Virus record (IMG/VR): IMGVR_UViG_3300013121_000025 | Span: 89,653-153,652 of that record | Source: a virus | Taxonomy: Duplodnaviria; Caudoviricetes | DNA length: 64,000 nucleotides | Direction: 5' to 3' (one strand) | In this document: positions 40,505 to 50,736 of the stretch, piece after piece | Position numbering within the stretch: position 1 is the first letter of the stretch | How the letters are laid out: the number at the start of each line of letters is the position of its first letter | Notes under the pieces: model-generated | Told to the model about the DNA's origin: nothing | The model's database searches: none | The model's input: only the letters and a program-made list of their open reading frames with translations | Program-made: the position numbers and the translations under genes

Positions 40505-41128
40505 ATGAGCAAATCTCCTTTTTATATTGTACCTAAATTTATTTCTCCACTGTTATGTGAACAAATAGTAGATGGATTAAATTTTATCGAACCAGATGTG
40601 GATAGCAATGACAATCCTGTTCTTACCATTAAAAGTCATCAGAAATTCGAACAAGTGTTATTTCATTATACACAACGTCTAACAAAGGATTTAGAGAAAT
40701 ATTACAATGTAGAATACAAAGGAACAAAACCCTTTGAATTTAAATGGTATCCTACAGATTGCAAAGAAGATCCTATCACATGCGATAATGCAATTTATCT
40801 TAAAGAAACAAACGCTTGGGTTAAAAATAAGGATAGAGATTTATCAGGTATTATCTTTCTAAGTGATTATAATGACAAAGTTCCCTTCGATTCAATGTAT
40901 GAAGTATATGGTGGAAAGTATGAATTTCCATCTTTCAATTTTGGGTTTCAAGCACAACGTGGAACATTGATTATATATCCAAGCGGACCGAATTTTAGTA
41001 ATGCTGTGTCTTCAGTGTTGTTTGGTGATTTATTTCTTGCAAAGTTTCATATAGCAACGAAGCAATCATTTATATATAATCCGACATTGTTTCCGGGCAA
41101 TCCGGCCGTATGGTTTAAAAATCTGTAA
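40505..41128 (+). CDS. 2OG-Fe(II) oxygenase-fold protein (metal ligands degenerate)
   Basis: RDLSGIIFLSDY, GGKYEF, GTLIIYPS; ATAAATA at 40478-40484. Confidence 0.7.
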   Translation: MSKSPFYIVPKFISPLLCEQIVDGLNFIEPDVDSNDNPVLTIKSHQKFEQVLFHYTQRLTKDLEKYYNVEYKGTKPFEFKWYPTDCKEDPITCDNAIYLKETNAWVKNKDRDLSGIIFLSDYNDKVPFDSMYEVYGGKYEFPSFNFGFQAQRGTLIIYPSGPNFSNAVSSVLFGDLFLAKFHIATKQSFIYNPTLFPGNPAVWFKNL

Positions 41129-41131
41129 CCG

Positions 41132-41160
41132 TTGAAAAACAATTATAAATCGTTTAGAAT
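41132..41160 (+). promoter_or_regulatory. Sigma70-type promoter for the replication operon
   Basis: (G)TTGAAA-17nt-TAGAAT. Confidence 0.75.
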
Positions 41161-41191
41161 ATTACTTTGAATTTAACTATGAGGTAATATT

Positions 41192-41476
41192 ATGTCAGAT
41201 GAAACAAGTAATGTTGTAATTCCATCAAGTCCTGCTGATCGTCAAAAAATCAAATCTATGATTACAGAGATGACTTTTGCTATGCAACGCATAGCTGATG
41301 AACGCTCAGCTCTTAAAGATATGGTTGATGCTGTATCGAAAGATTTCAACATTCCTAAAAAGCAAGTAAAATTATTAGCAAAAACGATGTTTAATCGTGA
41401 TTTCGATAATGTTAAAGCAGAGCATGACGATTTTGAAGTGTTATACGAAGCTGTTATTGAAAACAATAAGCAATAA
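41192..41476 (+). CDS. dsDNA-binding protein, T4 DsbA-like
   Basis: 94 aa; ALKDMVDAVSKDFNIPKKQVKLLAKTMF...FEVLYE. Confidence 0.6.
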   Translation: MSDETSNVVIPSSPADRQKIKSMITEMTFAMQRIADERSALKDMVDAVSKDFNIPKKQVKLLAKTMFNRDFDNVKAEHDDFEVLYEAVIENNKQ

Positions 41477-41488
41477 TTTGGGGGTTTG

Positions 41489-44053
41489 ATGAGTTATATC
41501 AACGCCGAACGTAGTAATGGTAAAATGTTTGTGTGGGAACGTAACAGTCCCACACAACGTTCATTGAAAAAATACGACGTTCCTCTGTTCTTTTATGTTG
41601 AAGATCCGAAAGGGGAATATACAAGTCTTTATGGTGACAAGTGTTCGAAATTAGAATTTTCGTCATTGGATGAGTTTCATTATTCCAAATCACAATTTGA
41701 ACGATCAAGTTTAAAAGTATTCGAATCAGATTTATCTTTAGAATATAAAGTGCTTTCAGAGCACTATATGGATCAACCAACACCAACTTTAAATGTAACC
41801 TTCCTTGATATTGAGGTGGATTATAATAAAGAATTTGGTTTCTCAAATACAAAGAATCCTTATGCTCCTATTAACGCAATTGCTATGTATCATTCGTGGA
41901 GCAATAGAACTGTTGTATACGCAGTTCCCCCTAAATCATGGGGAACAGATACAACAAAATGGGATCAAATGCTCGACAAATCTTTACTTGAATTAAGTGA
42001 AATACATTTGTGTTATTCAGAACGTGATTTGTTGTTACGTTTATTAAATGAAATTCAACCATCAGACGCATTAGTCGGATGGAACAGTAATTTCTTCGAT
42101 ATCCCATATATTGGAATGAGAGTCGAACGTGTATTAGGAAGTAGTTATCTTAAAATGTTGTCTTTTCCAGAGGCACCGGCTCCAAAATATCGTGAAGTAG
42201 AATTGTATGGTAACATACAAATTGCACTCGATCTTGGAGGCAGACTTAACATTGATTATATGGATTTATTTAAAAAATTCGAAGCAGAAAATAGACCCAG
42301 TTATAAATTGGAATATATCTCAAATGAAGTTCTTCCTGAATTACCAAAATTAACTTATGAAGGAAGCTTAGCAGATCAATACAATAATGATTTTAATTTC
42401 TTCTTACGATACAACATTCGAGACACAGAATGTTTGAGAGGATTTGAAAAGAAATTAGGATACGTTGCTCTTGCAAATGAATATTTTCATGCTTCAACAG
42501 GTCTTTATAAGAACATTTTAGGTACCATTAAACTTGCCGAATATTCAATTACTAATTTCTGTCATAAGACATTAAATGTTGTAGTTAATAATTTACCTCC
42601 CGCTGCAACCACAGAAGAAGCTGCGGACGGTGCTTATGTTATGGAACCGAAAGCAGGATTTCATAAATGGATTGGATCGATTGATATTAATTCACTATAT
42701 CCAAACACGATTAGATCCATTAATATTAGTCCTGAGACACTTCTCGGACAGTGTACATATACTGAGACGGATTTTGATCACATACGTAATAATACAAATC
42801 ATCCTATTACCATTAAATTCGACACGGGCGAATCTGTAACAAAACCAGCTAATGAGTGGAAATCTTATCTCAAGCAACGTAAGTGGAGCATTAGTGGTTA
42901 TGGTACTATTTTCGATCAAAATAAAATTGGGGTAATTCCTGCTATTTTGGCTGAATGGTATACATTACGTAAAAAATATCAAAAAATGTATAAAGAAAGT
43001 AAAGCAAGTGGTGATACTGAAAAGGCAGATTATTATTATCGTTTACAATATTGCTATAAAATCAAACTTAACTCTTTATATGGTGCATTATTAAATTCAC
43101 ATTTCCGTTTCCATGATAAACGAATGGGTGAATCTACAACAGCGACGGGCAGAAACATTGTTAAACATCAATGCGCTCAGGCCAATTATGAGCTCACAGG
43201 TGAATATGATTACCTTGGTGAAGTAGTAAAGTATTCTGATACAGATAGTACCTACTTTACAACGATGTGTGATAATAAACAGATGGCAGTTAAAGTAGCA
43301 GATGCAGTAGCAAAACAAGTTAATGCATCATTCCCTAAGTTTATGAGAGAAGTGTTTCTATGTAATGAAGGGTATGATACTCTTATTGCAGCTGGTAGAG
43401 AAATCGTAGCAGCATCGGGTATATTCGTAACTCCTAAGAAATATGTTCTTCTTGTTGTTGATAAGGAAGGTGAGGCAAAAGATGAATTAAAAACAATGGG
43501 TCTTGATATTAAAAAGACAACCTTACCTAAGAAGTTTCAAGATCAACTTAGTGGATATATCGAGAGATTGCTCAAAGGAGAAGATTGGCTCGAGATCTCA
43601 CGTGACATTGTAGCATTTAAAGATGACATTCTTAAAAATTCTGACGTTTCGATGTTAGGATTACCAAAGAACGTCAAAGGTGTAGAAAAATATACACAAG
43701 AATATACAATCCATGGTAAAGGCGCAAGACTGCCAGGACACGTAGCAGCGAGTATATATTACAATTTGAAATTGAAACATTATGAGGATAAAGAAAGTTT
43801 CCCTATTGTTTCCGATATGAAAATTAGAGTATATTATTTAATGAATCAAGATGGAAAGTTTAAAAGTATTGCTTTACCTACAGATTTAGATATAGTTCCA
43901 AAATGGTTTTATGATAATATTGAAGTAGACAGAAATGCTCAAATTCTAAGATTAGTTGATAAACCATTAGGAAATATTTTAAAAGCAATAGGAAAGAAAG
44001 CACCAACAAAAAAATCAATTTTCATTTCAGACATGTTTGAAATGGATGAATAA
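41489..44053 (+). CDS. DNA polymerase family B (gp43-like)
   Basis: Exo motifs DIEV, GWNSNFFDIPY, YNIRD; polymerase motifs DINSLYP, KIKLNSLYG, YSDTDS. Confidence 0.97.
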   Translation: MSYINAERSNGKMFVWERNSPTQRSLKKYDVPLFFYVEDPKGEYTSLYGDKCSKLEFSSLDEFHYSKSQFERSSLKVFESDLSLEYKVLSEHYMDQPTPTLNVTFLDIEVDYNKEFGFSNTKNPYAPINAIAMYHSWSNRTVVYAVPPKSWGTDTTKWDQMLDKSLLELSEIHLCYSERDLLLRLLNEIQPSDALVGWNSNFFDIPYIGMRVERVLGSSYLKMLSFPEAPAPKYREVELYGNIQIALDLGGRLNIDYMDLFKKFEAENRPSYKLEYISNEVLPELPKLTYEGSLADQYNNDFNFFLRYNIRDTECLRGFEKKLGYVALANEYFHASTGLYKNILGTIKLAEYSITNFCHKTLNVVVNNLPPAATTEEAADGAYVMEPKAGFHKWIGSIDINSLYPNTIRSINISPETLLGQCTYTETDFDHIRNNTNHPITIKFDTGESVTKPANEWKSYLKQRKWSISGYGTIFDQNKIGVIPAILAEWYTLRKKYQKMYKESKASGDTEKADYYYRLQYCYKIKLNSLYGALLNSHFRFHDKRMGESTTATGRNIVKHQCAQANYELTGEYDYLGEVVKYSDTDSTYFTTMCDNKQMAVKVADAVAKQVNASFPKFMREVFLCNEGYDTLIAAGREIVAASGIFVTPKKYVLLVVDKEGEAKDELKTMGLDIKKTTLPKKFQDQLSGYIERLLKGEDWLEISRDIVAFKDDILKNSDVSMLGLPKNVKGVEKYTQEYTIHGKGARLPGHVAASIYYNLKLKHYEDKESFPIVSDMKIRVYYLMNQDGKFKSIALPTDLDIVPKWFYDNIEVDRNAQILRLVDKPLGNILKAIGKKAPTKKSIFISDMFEMDE

Positions 44054-44064
44054 GAGAGAAAAAT

Positions 44065-44781
44065 ATGATATTAGAATCCAGTTTAATTCAGTTTATACAA
44101 ACGAAACTTATTAAAACAGCTAATCTTATGGGAATAGAAAATGTTATTATAGAGCAGGATAAAGTTCGTGGTATTGATGAAAAACAAACCACCATCATGC
44201 TCCACGAACATGGGTTATCTATTCCTTTTACAGCAATGGGATTAACAAGATTGTCATTACTTAATTCTCGTTTATCACTTAGTGATAAACAAGTGACAGT
44301 GAATGCTGTGGAGGATGAGAAGGTACCAGGCGTTATTTCACGACTAGATATTAAAGCAGAGAAATATAAAGTGGACTTTCGAGCTGCCAATCCCTCGACA
44401 ATCAAAGCACCAAAAGGATTAAAAGCATCATCAGAATTATTAGCCACAATAACATTTTCGGATGATGATTTATCTTTGTTCTTGAAGGCATCTAGTAGTA
44501 TGCCTCAAAGAACTGAAACAGGGTCAGTGTGTTTAGTAGTAGATCCTGATTTGCGACAAGTCACCTTAGTATTATCTGATACTAATAGTGATGATTTTGA
44601 GATGACGTTGGATGGCAATGTAGAGTATCTTACGTCTACAAAATTAGTTGTTAATTATCCGTTAAAGCAATTTATTGTAATGATGAAAAATAATGACGAT
44701 AACACAATTAATATTTGTGAAAAGAATTTATTGAAGACTAAGATTAATGATATTTCAATAATTATGTTGCCTGTTTTATGA
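44065..44781 (+). CDS. Putative sliding clamp (gp45-like)
   Basis: 238 aa directly after the polymerase; DFRAANPSTIKAPK linker resembles clamp interdomain loop. Confidence 0.55.
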   Translation: MILESSLIQFIQTKLIKTANLMGIENVIIEQDKVRGIDEKQTTIMLHEHGLSIPFTAMGLTRLSLLNSRLSLSDKQVTVNAVEDEKVPGVISRLDIKAEKYKVDFRAANPSTIKAPKGLKASSELLATITFSDDDLSLFLKASSSMPQRTETGSVCLVVDPDLRQVTLVLSDTNSDDFEMTLDGNVEYLTSTKLVVNYPLKQFIVMMKNNDDNTINICEKNLLKTKINDISIIMLPVL

Positions 44782-44791
44782 GGAATTTAAA

Positions 44792-45070
44792 ATGACAAAA
44801 CCATGGTATAAAAGGATCTTCGATGATCAACCAAATGCTCTTGAGCAAAAAAACGTTACAGAACCAACATTCGTAATGACGTACACAATCCTGTCCGATG
44901 GTCAAGTAAAATTAGACCAACAATGGAACCCTGAATTCATAAAAGAATTACGTAAGAAAGGATTCATGGGAACGTCAGACGAACAAATAATTGACCGTTT
45001 TATTACAATGATTAATACACAACAACAAATACTTGATATGGAACAGGACCGCCCTAATGAATATAGATAA
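44792..45070 (+). CDS. Hypothetical protein
   Basis: 92 aa, GAGG RBS; WNPEFIKEL...G..G.SDEQII. Confidence 0.7.
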   Translation: MTKPWYKRIFDDQPNALEQKNVTEPTFVMTYTILSDGQVKLDQQWNPEFIKELRKKGFMGTSDEQIIDRFITMINTQQQILDMEQDRPNEYR

Positions 45071-46022
45071 ACTAAGAGAACTTGGTGTAGACGTTAAAGA
45101 AACATACTTAGTATTAGATATTAGTAATCTTCTTTATCGTTCCTTTTATGCCAATAAAGAACAAGATGATATGACTTCTGCGGGATTAGCACATCACTCT
45201 GCGTTGGCATATTTAAATAAGTATTACAAGAAACATAAGCCAAGTAAAATGATCATGACATTTGATAGACCAAATTGGCGGAAAGTGTATACGTTATCTG
45301 ATGAATGTTATTCGAAACGTATCTATAAAGGTCAACGCAGACAAAATCTAACACCAGCAGAGCAAATTAAATATCAAAAATTCTGTGAGCATTTGAAAGA
45401 TTTCGAACAAATTATGAGAGATCATACTTCAGTAGTATGTTTAGCCGCAGAAGGCACTGACAATAGAGGGTTAGAAGCAGATGATTTGATTTCTGGAATT
45501 GTTCAAAAATTTCATAATACCCATAATATAATTGTAGTAAGTTCAGATAAAGATTTAATGCAATTGTTACGTTATGAAAGTGTTACATTGATTGATCCTG
45601 CTACAGACACCCCTCGTTCTTTAGCAGAACATGATAATGATGTTAATTATTTTTTGTTTGAAAAATGTATTAGAGGTGATGCTGGGGATAATGTTGGTAG
45701 TGCATTCCCACGTGTTCGTTCAACTAAAATTAAAGCTGCTTATTTAGATCCATTTGAACGTGAAAATATGATGCAAACAACATGGACTGATGAAGAAAGC
45801 AACGAGCGTTCTGTCAAAAAGTTATTTAATGAGAACAAATTATTAATGGATTTAACATGTCAGCCTGATGATATTAAAGAGTTAATAGAAAAAACGATCA
45901 CAGAAGGATTAGCAAATCCAGGTAAGTATTCTCATTTTCATTTTTTGAAGTTTTGTGGTAAGTATGAATTAAATCGTATCTCTGATCAAATTGATAGTTA
46001 CGTACATATGCTTAGTTTATAA
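45057..46022 (+). CDS. rnh: 5'-3' flap exonuclease / T4 RNase H-like
   Basis: LDISN, YKGQR, LEADD, SSDKD, RGDAGDNV; ATG 45057 preferred. Confidence 0.88.
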   Translation: MNIDKLRELGVDVKETYLVLDISNLLYRSFYANKEQDDMTSAGLAHHSALAYLNKYYKKHKPSKMIMTFDRPNWRKVYTLSDECYSKRIYKGQRRQNLTPAEQIKYQKFCEHLKDFEQIMRDHTSVVCLAAEGTDNRGLEADDLISGIVQKFHNTHNIIVVSSDKDLMQLLRYESVTLIDPATDTPRSLAEHDNDVNYFLFEKCIRGDAGDNVGSAFPRVRSTKIKAAYLDPFERENMMQTTWTDEESNERSVKKLFNENKLLMDLTCQPDDIKELIEKTITEGLANPGKYSHFHFLKFCGKYELNRISDQIDSYVHMLSL

Positions 46023-46907
46023 AACAGTTGTAAGAATTTCTTTGGCTGCTTTAAAAATAGTTGGGGCTTCGTGTTCAGATAAAGCATAACCACGGTAATC
46101 AGTCCACGCTTCGCGTGGACTTTTACTTGCATCTAGTTTTGATGTTATTTCTGTTGCTGTAGCAGTATCAAAACCGTTTTTATACGGATCTATTCCATCG
46201 TAGATTAAATCGTACAAAGTATCATACTCACTCCATTTTTTCCAAATGTCGTTAGGTATATGAAAGAGTGCTTGTTTTGCATGGTTTATAGCTTTTTTTA
46301 GTCCACCATTGTCTTCAATGAGATCACTCATTTTCTTTATCTCTTCCCATGTAACATTTCTCCACATTATATCATCAGCTTTGCGGCCAGCAACTGAATG
46401 TGTTAATTGATATAAGGGAACAGAATATACCTTGTTATATGTCCATGTTGAAATATTATTAAAATCTTTACTACCGTCTGGTGACAACCCAAAAATAGCA
46501 TTGTTGACAGGTATACATACAGAAATGGAACTACCAAAATCACCAGCATGTGTTCTATCATTTGTATAGAATAATGAAAATTTACGATTGGGAAAATTTG
46601 TCCAATTGGTATGATGTGATGAAGATACAAGATTTAATATTGTATTATCGCCTGTGAGAGATCTATCTCTCATTGTCGGTGTGAAAACAGTAATAGAATT
46701 TAAATGTTTATTAGATCCTCTATATAAACGCGATTCCTCATAAAACTCAGCATTATCAGGGTGTAAAATATATTGTGAACAATCCTTACAGAGAGAAATT
46801 ATTTGATCAGGGTCAATTAACTGATCAAGTTGATGCTTACGTAAGATTTCTAATACATTGTTGTGTACTTGATCGTTGGCTTCTTTAATGATATCGTACA
46901 GTTTCAT
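46017..46907 (-). CDS. Hypothetical protein, ADP-ribosyltransferase-like family member 2
   Basis: LYRG...RKFSLFYT...A.DFG...CIP...REAW; ATAAATA at 46931-46937. Confidence 0.45.
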   Translation of the reverse strand: MKLYDIIKEANDQVHNNVLEILRKHQLDQLIDPDQIISLCKDCSQYILHPDNAEFYEESRLYRGSNKHLNSITVFTPTMRDRSLTGDNTILNLVSSSHHTNWTNFPNRKFSLFYTNDRTHAGDFGSSISVCIPVNNAIFGLSPDGSKDFNNISTWTYNKVYSVPLYQLTHSVAGRKADDIMWRNVTWEEIKKMSDLIEDNGGLKKAINHAKQALFHIPNDIWKKWSEYDTLYDLIYDGIDPYKNGFDTATATEITSKLDASKSPREAWTDYRGYALSEHEAPTIFKAAKEILTTVL

Positions 46908-46913
46908 AATACT

Positions 46914-47609
46914 TTATGGTTTGATAGTATTATTTATGTTAAAAAGATCTATTTGCTCAAGTAATGGCTTTACGTATGGTAATATAGGCTTCTTTACAAT
47001 TTGTGGAGAGGTTCCTCTTTCGACTGCAATCATAATAACCATATTTTCAATATCAACGTTATAAACTTCTTTTGCCATTAAGGCATATGCTGTACATTGT
47101 AAGAAATAGTTTTGTATTTTGTTGTGATCTTTATAATTATTAGCTGTTTTGAAATCGATTATAGATAGTGTTCCTTGATATTCTGCTATTAAATCTACTC
47201 TACCAGCTAGACCAAGAATCTCACTCCACAGTGCTGTTTCTTGTAATTTAATATTGTTAACTCGATTTCTTAATATCATCCGTAATTGATTAAACATTTC
47301 GATATCGGACGCTTGATGGTTTTTTGTAACTTCGGATAGTTCCAAATTCTTTACATATTTTTCACACATGTCATGAACTGCAGTTCCTCTATCACCACAA
47401 CGCTTTGTTTCTTTTTCTGCCTTTTCAGCACCAAGATTTTGTTTCCATTCTTCTAACCATGGTTTATCACCAAAATTGACTACAGTGGTCACAGAAGGCA
47501 GGAATTTACCAGACGGAGTCTGGTAAAATCGCATATTGTTTTTTTCTATTGTAGATAAATCGTAGAGGGGATAGAACGGGGTATGGTTAAACTGTAGCTC
47601 GTTTTGCAT
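46914..47609 (-). CDS. PD-(D/E)XK exonuclease
   Basis: PSVTTV, RGTAVH, E, LAGRVDL, IIDFKT, Q..AY. Confidence 0.85.
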   Translation of the reverse strand: MQNELQFNHTPFYPLYDLSTIEKNNMRFYQTPSGKFLPSVTTVVNFGDKPWLEEWKQNLGAEKAEKETKRCGDRGTAVHDMCEKYVKNLELSEVTKNHQASDIEMFNQLRMILRNRVNNIKLQETALWSEILGLAGRVDLIAEYQGTLSIIDFKTANNYKDHNKIQNYFLQCTAYALMAKEVYNVDIENMVIMIAVERGTSPQIVKKPILPYVKPLLEQIDLFNINNTIKP

Positions 47610-47862
47610 CTGCGTCTAATTTCGCCTGTTTTTTCTGTAATAATAACGCTATTTGACGGCGCAAGGCAAGGATTTGACGGTCAATTGGATCTTGACTTTG
47701 AGATAAATTAGTTAATTGTTTTTGTTTTTCTTTTGTTTTCTTTGCAACAACTGCTTTATTCTGCTCAAGATCAGTAAACCCTGAGTCAGCAAGTTCTTTT
47801 TTAGTTTCTAATTCTGCTTGCTTATTAAGATCGAATTCAAGCAGTTGTTTCAAAAAATTCAT
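47587..47862 (-). CDS. Hypothetical coiled-coil protein (possible head/core protein)
   Basis: 91 aa, AAGG RBS, N-term MNFLKQLLE. Confidence 0.65.
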   Translation of the reverse strand: MNFLKQLLEFDLNKQAELETKKELADSGFTDLEQNKAVVAKKTKEKQKQLTNLSQSQDPIDRQILALRRQIALLLQKKQAKLDADAKRATV

Positions 47863-47871
47863 AGAAAATCC

Positions 47872-48942
47872 TTATTTTGGTTGTTGAGCTAATTGCTGTT
47901 CAATTAACACATTGAACTTGCTGAATGTAATACTACGAATCTTTTCGATACTTTCAGCCTTCATGCCGGATACTGCATCTTTAACTTCACCTTTTTTCTT
48001 CTTGTGGCGAAACTTCTTGACGAGTTCACGTTCACGCTTTAATTTCTGTCTTTCTTTTTCTTTCTTATCCCATTCTTGCGCGTCAAGGAATTCTTCTTCC
48101 TCTTGTGTTGCATCAGGATATTTCTTTTTGTTTGGGTCCATGTTCATACTTTCTCCTAAATCTTTATCTGTAGAGTTTTTAAGTTCGTGTCTGTATTTAA
48201 TGAGTTTGTCCCTTGTGTCGGACATTTTTTTCTCTTCATCTTTACGTTTATTATGATCTTCCATATCAAGAACTTCTTCTTCTTGAGCTGCTCGCATTTT
48301 TGCTGATTTATTTGCTTCAGACGCAATTTTTACTTCTGCTTCAGCCTTACGTGCTTCAGCTTCTGCTGTCTTTGCTTCTGCATCTGCTTTTAACATATCT
48401 AACACTTGTGCTAAAGCAGACATGATATCTTGTTCATTTGATCCTGAAGCAGCAACATCATCACTACCAGCCATAGCATCGTCCATGCCTAACTCAGAAA
48501 TTTCATCTGCACTATCGTCGCCTTCAGAGGAATCGTCATCACTCTCGAGATCGTCCAAGCCTTCAAGATCATCACTTGATGATTTTTTATCTTTTGGCTG
48601 CTCGAGAGACATATCAGTTTCTTCATCTTCAGGAATGCTCTTAGGACCCCATTCAACGTCCACAATCTCGAAGTTTTTGCGTAGATTAAAGAGAACCTCA
48701 GGCACTTCTGTTCCGTCCTCTTCAGCATCATAAAGGGCTCTTGCAAGAGCATTTTGGAATTCTTCAGCTTGTTCAGCTTTTACAAACACTTTCACGATAC
48801 TACCATCGTCATTTTCGAGGGCAAATCCTTCAGTGTTTCTACGTGTCTCATTTGCTGATTTAGCGTTCTTGACTAAAGTGCTAATATCGTGCACAGTCTG
48901 TTCACTTTTTGCAAATTCAACTAGTGATTTAATAAAATCCAT
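47872..48942 (-). CDS. Acidic/coiled-coil protein, possible prohead core component
   Basis: Long D/E/S-rich tract and charged helices; N-term MDFIKSLVE. Confidence 0.55.
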   Translation of the reverse strand: MDFIKSLVEFAKSEQTVHDISTLVKNAKSANETRRNTEGFALENDDGSIVKVFVKAEQAEEFQNALARALYDAEEDGTEVPEVLFNLRKNFEIVDVEWGPKSIPEDEETDMSLEQPKDKKSSSDDLEGLDDLESDDDSSEGDDSADEISELGMDDAMAGSDDVAASGSNEQDIMSALAQVLDMLKADAEAKTAEAEARKAEAEVKIASEANKSAKMRAAQEEEVLDMEDHNKRKDEEKKMSDTRDKLIKYRHELKNSTDKDLGESMNMDPNKKKYPDATQEEEEFLDAQEWDKKEKERQKLKRERELVKKFRHKKKKGEVKDAVSGMKAESIEKIRSITFSKFNVLIEQQLAQQPK

Positions 48943-48943
48943 A

Positions 48944-49096
48944 TTATTTTACTGCCTGTTGTTTGCGTTTTTTCTTTTTCTTAGGTTCTACGCGACTCAC
49001 CATGCCACCACCAAATAATGAACCAGGAGCACCAGCTATTGCAGCTCCTCCTGTTGCACCACCGAACGCATTTTCGAATAAGTCGCTAACTTTCAT
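48944..49096 (-). CDS. 50-aa microprotein (not in ORF track)
   Basis: MKVSDLFENAFGGATGGAAIAGAPGSLFGGGMVSRVEPKKKKKRKQQAVK*; ATAAATA at 49123-49129; stop 1 nt before next ATG. Confidence 0.75.
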   Translation of the reverse strand: MKVSDLFENAFGGATGGAAIAGAPGSLFGGGMVSRVEPKKKKKRKQQAVK

Positions 49097-49149
49097 ATAA
49101 AGTAAACACAATTAGTATGTTCTATTTATGCTTAAAATAATAAAAGCAT

Positions 49150-49173
49150 AAAAAAACGCTCATAAGAGCGTTT
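49150..49173 (-). terminator. Intrinsic terminator after the helicase operon
   Basis: Minus strand AAACGCTC-TTAT-GAGCGTTTTTTT. Confidence 0.8.
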
Positions 49174-49417
49174 AATCATCTCCATCTTCTATTTTTTGTT
49201 CATTAAGATGTTTAATGTATTCATTCATAGCGTTAGAAATTTTTGTTGTTAAATCTGCCAATGCTGATTCACATTTGATTTTTTCAATACGATGTTTTTC
49301 ATGATCCTTGCGAACCTCGTCATATACATCAACCAATGTCTTAATGTTGTCTGGAAGAGCGACCACATTATATGTTGTGTTATCTACTGTTATTACTTCT
49401 GTTGGTTTAATTTTCAT
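49172..49417 (-). CDS. Hypothetical protein
   Basis: 81 aa, AAGGA RBS, directly downstream of the helicase. Confidence 0.7.
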   Translation of the reverse strand: MKIKPTEVITVDNTTYNVVALPDNIKTLVDVYDEVRKDHEKHRIEKIKCESALADLTTKISNAMNEYIKHLNEQKIEDGDD

Positions 49418-49426
49418 ATAATATCC

Positions 49427-50716
49427 TTAATCTACGAAAGTGTCCATAAAATTTGTTTTGTCGAGCTGTTCTTTGGGAACAAATGTTAACTTCTGATTAT
49501 TTACTTTATTACTTGTGATGCGTAACGATTTAGCGGACCATCCTAAATGTACAGTTTTTCCTACACCATCACTTGAACGTGTTTTAAGGAACTGGAACGC
49601 AATCTCCCCACGAGCCCTCATAGCATCATTCATAATGATCGACATATAAATGTCGGTAGTGTTGATTTTACTGATACCGCCAGAAATGTGGCTCTGATTG
49701 AGTTCAGGAGCATCGATAGCAGATCTATTTTGTTGTGCAGCAGTTATAAGGACCATATTATAATCATGAATAAGATCACGTAATTGTTCTGATGCTTTCT
49801 TATCTTTATCGAACACATCTCCTGCTTTTGTATATTCATTAGCACCCATTAAGTCAAGATAATCAACTAATAGTACATCTGGTACGAAGTTATATTTGAG
49901 TTCGAATTCTTTTAAGTATGATCTAAAGGAATTTGTATTAGATCCTGTTGGCATTCTAACAACAAATAATTTACCATAGTTTTGTTGTTTTGATTGAATT
50001 ACTTGTGCTACTTCTTTTGCACGAGGTAAAATCTCTACAGATCCGATACCAGTAATCATAGAATCGAATCGTTTTGCAATCATTTCTTCTGACAATTCTA
50101 ATGAGATATACAATACATTTAATCCTTGCTCCATCATATTGAGTGCAAGATTGCTCATTGTAATAGATTTACCACCACCTGAGTTTGCTGAAAGTAACAA
50201 CATTTCTTTACGACGAATTCCGCCACCGAGACAATCATCAATTTCAGGATATCCAGTAGAAATTGCATTATCTGTATTTTTAAGTGCATTTAAACGTTGG
50301 AGAGGATTTTGAAAGTAATCTAATCCCATGTTACGTTGTAATGATATCGTTAATGCTTTTTTAACTAATTCTTCAACATCTCCATATTTACCTTCACGTA
50401 TAAGATCTGGAGACTTTAAAATGGCCTTTTCTAAACCTCTGCGTTTACAGAATGATTCAATTTCTTTTGAACAATATTCGATTTCTGCTCTTGTTTTTAC
50501 TTCTCTAAGTTTGTATGCTGTTCCTGTTTCAACTGCAATAATTTCTGTTGTAGGAATTGAATGATAAGAATCAAAATATTGCTTTAAGAAAGTAACTGAA
50601 TTTCTAAGTTCTGGATCGAAATATTCTGGTTCTATGATACTTGAGCACAGTGCGTAAGTATCAGGGGATGCTAACATGTATTCTACTAATAATTTTTGTT
50701 TTTCTAGATTGCTCAT
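49427..50716 (-). CDS. Replicative DnaB-like helicase (gp41-like)
   Basis: ANSGGGKS, YISLELSE, VDYLDLM, TAAQQNR, KTR. Confidence 0.93.
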   Translation of the reverse strand: MSNLEKQKLLVEYMLASPDTYALCSSIIEPEYFDPELRNSVTFLKQYFDSYHSIPTTEIIAVETGTAYKLREVKTRAEIEYCSKEIESFCKRRGLEKAILKSPDLIREGKYGDVEELVKKALTISLQRNMGLDYFQNPLQRLNALKNTDNAISTGYPEIDDCLGGGIRRKEMLLLSANSGGGKSITMSNLALNMMEQGLNVLYISLELSEEMIAKRFDSMITGIGSVEILPRAKEVAQVIQSKQQNYGKLFVVRMPTGSNTNSFRSYLKEFELKYNFVPDVLLVDYLDLMGANEYTKAGDVFDKDKKASEQLRDLIHDYNMVLITAAQQNRSAIDAPELNQSHISGGISKINTTDIYMSIIMNDAMRARGEIAFQFLKTRSSDGVGKTVHLGWSAKSLRITSNKVNNQKLTFVPKEQLDKTNFMDTFVD

Positions 50717-50736
50717 TAATTTACCTCAAATATAAT

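Noticed and set aside
46017-46022. Convergent genes sharing TTATAA as overlapping ends
   Set aside because: Common compaction in AT-rich phage genomes; no further signal.
46914-47609. Cas4 / CRISPR association
   Set aside because: No four-Cys Fe-S motif, no array or other cas genes; ordinary phage PD-(D/E)XK exonuclease.
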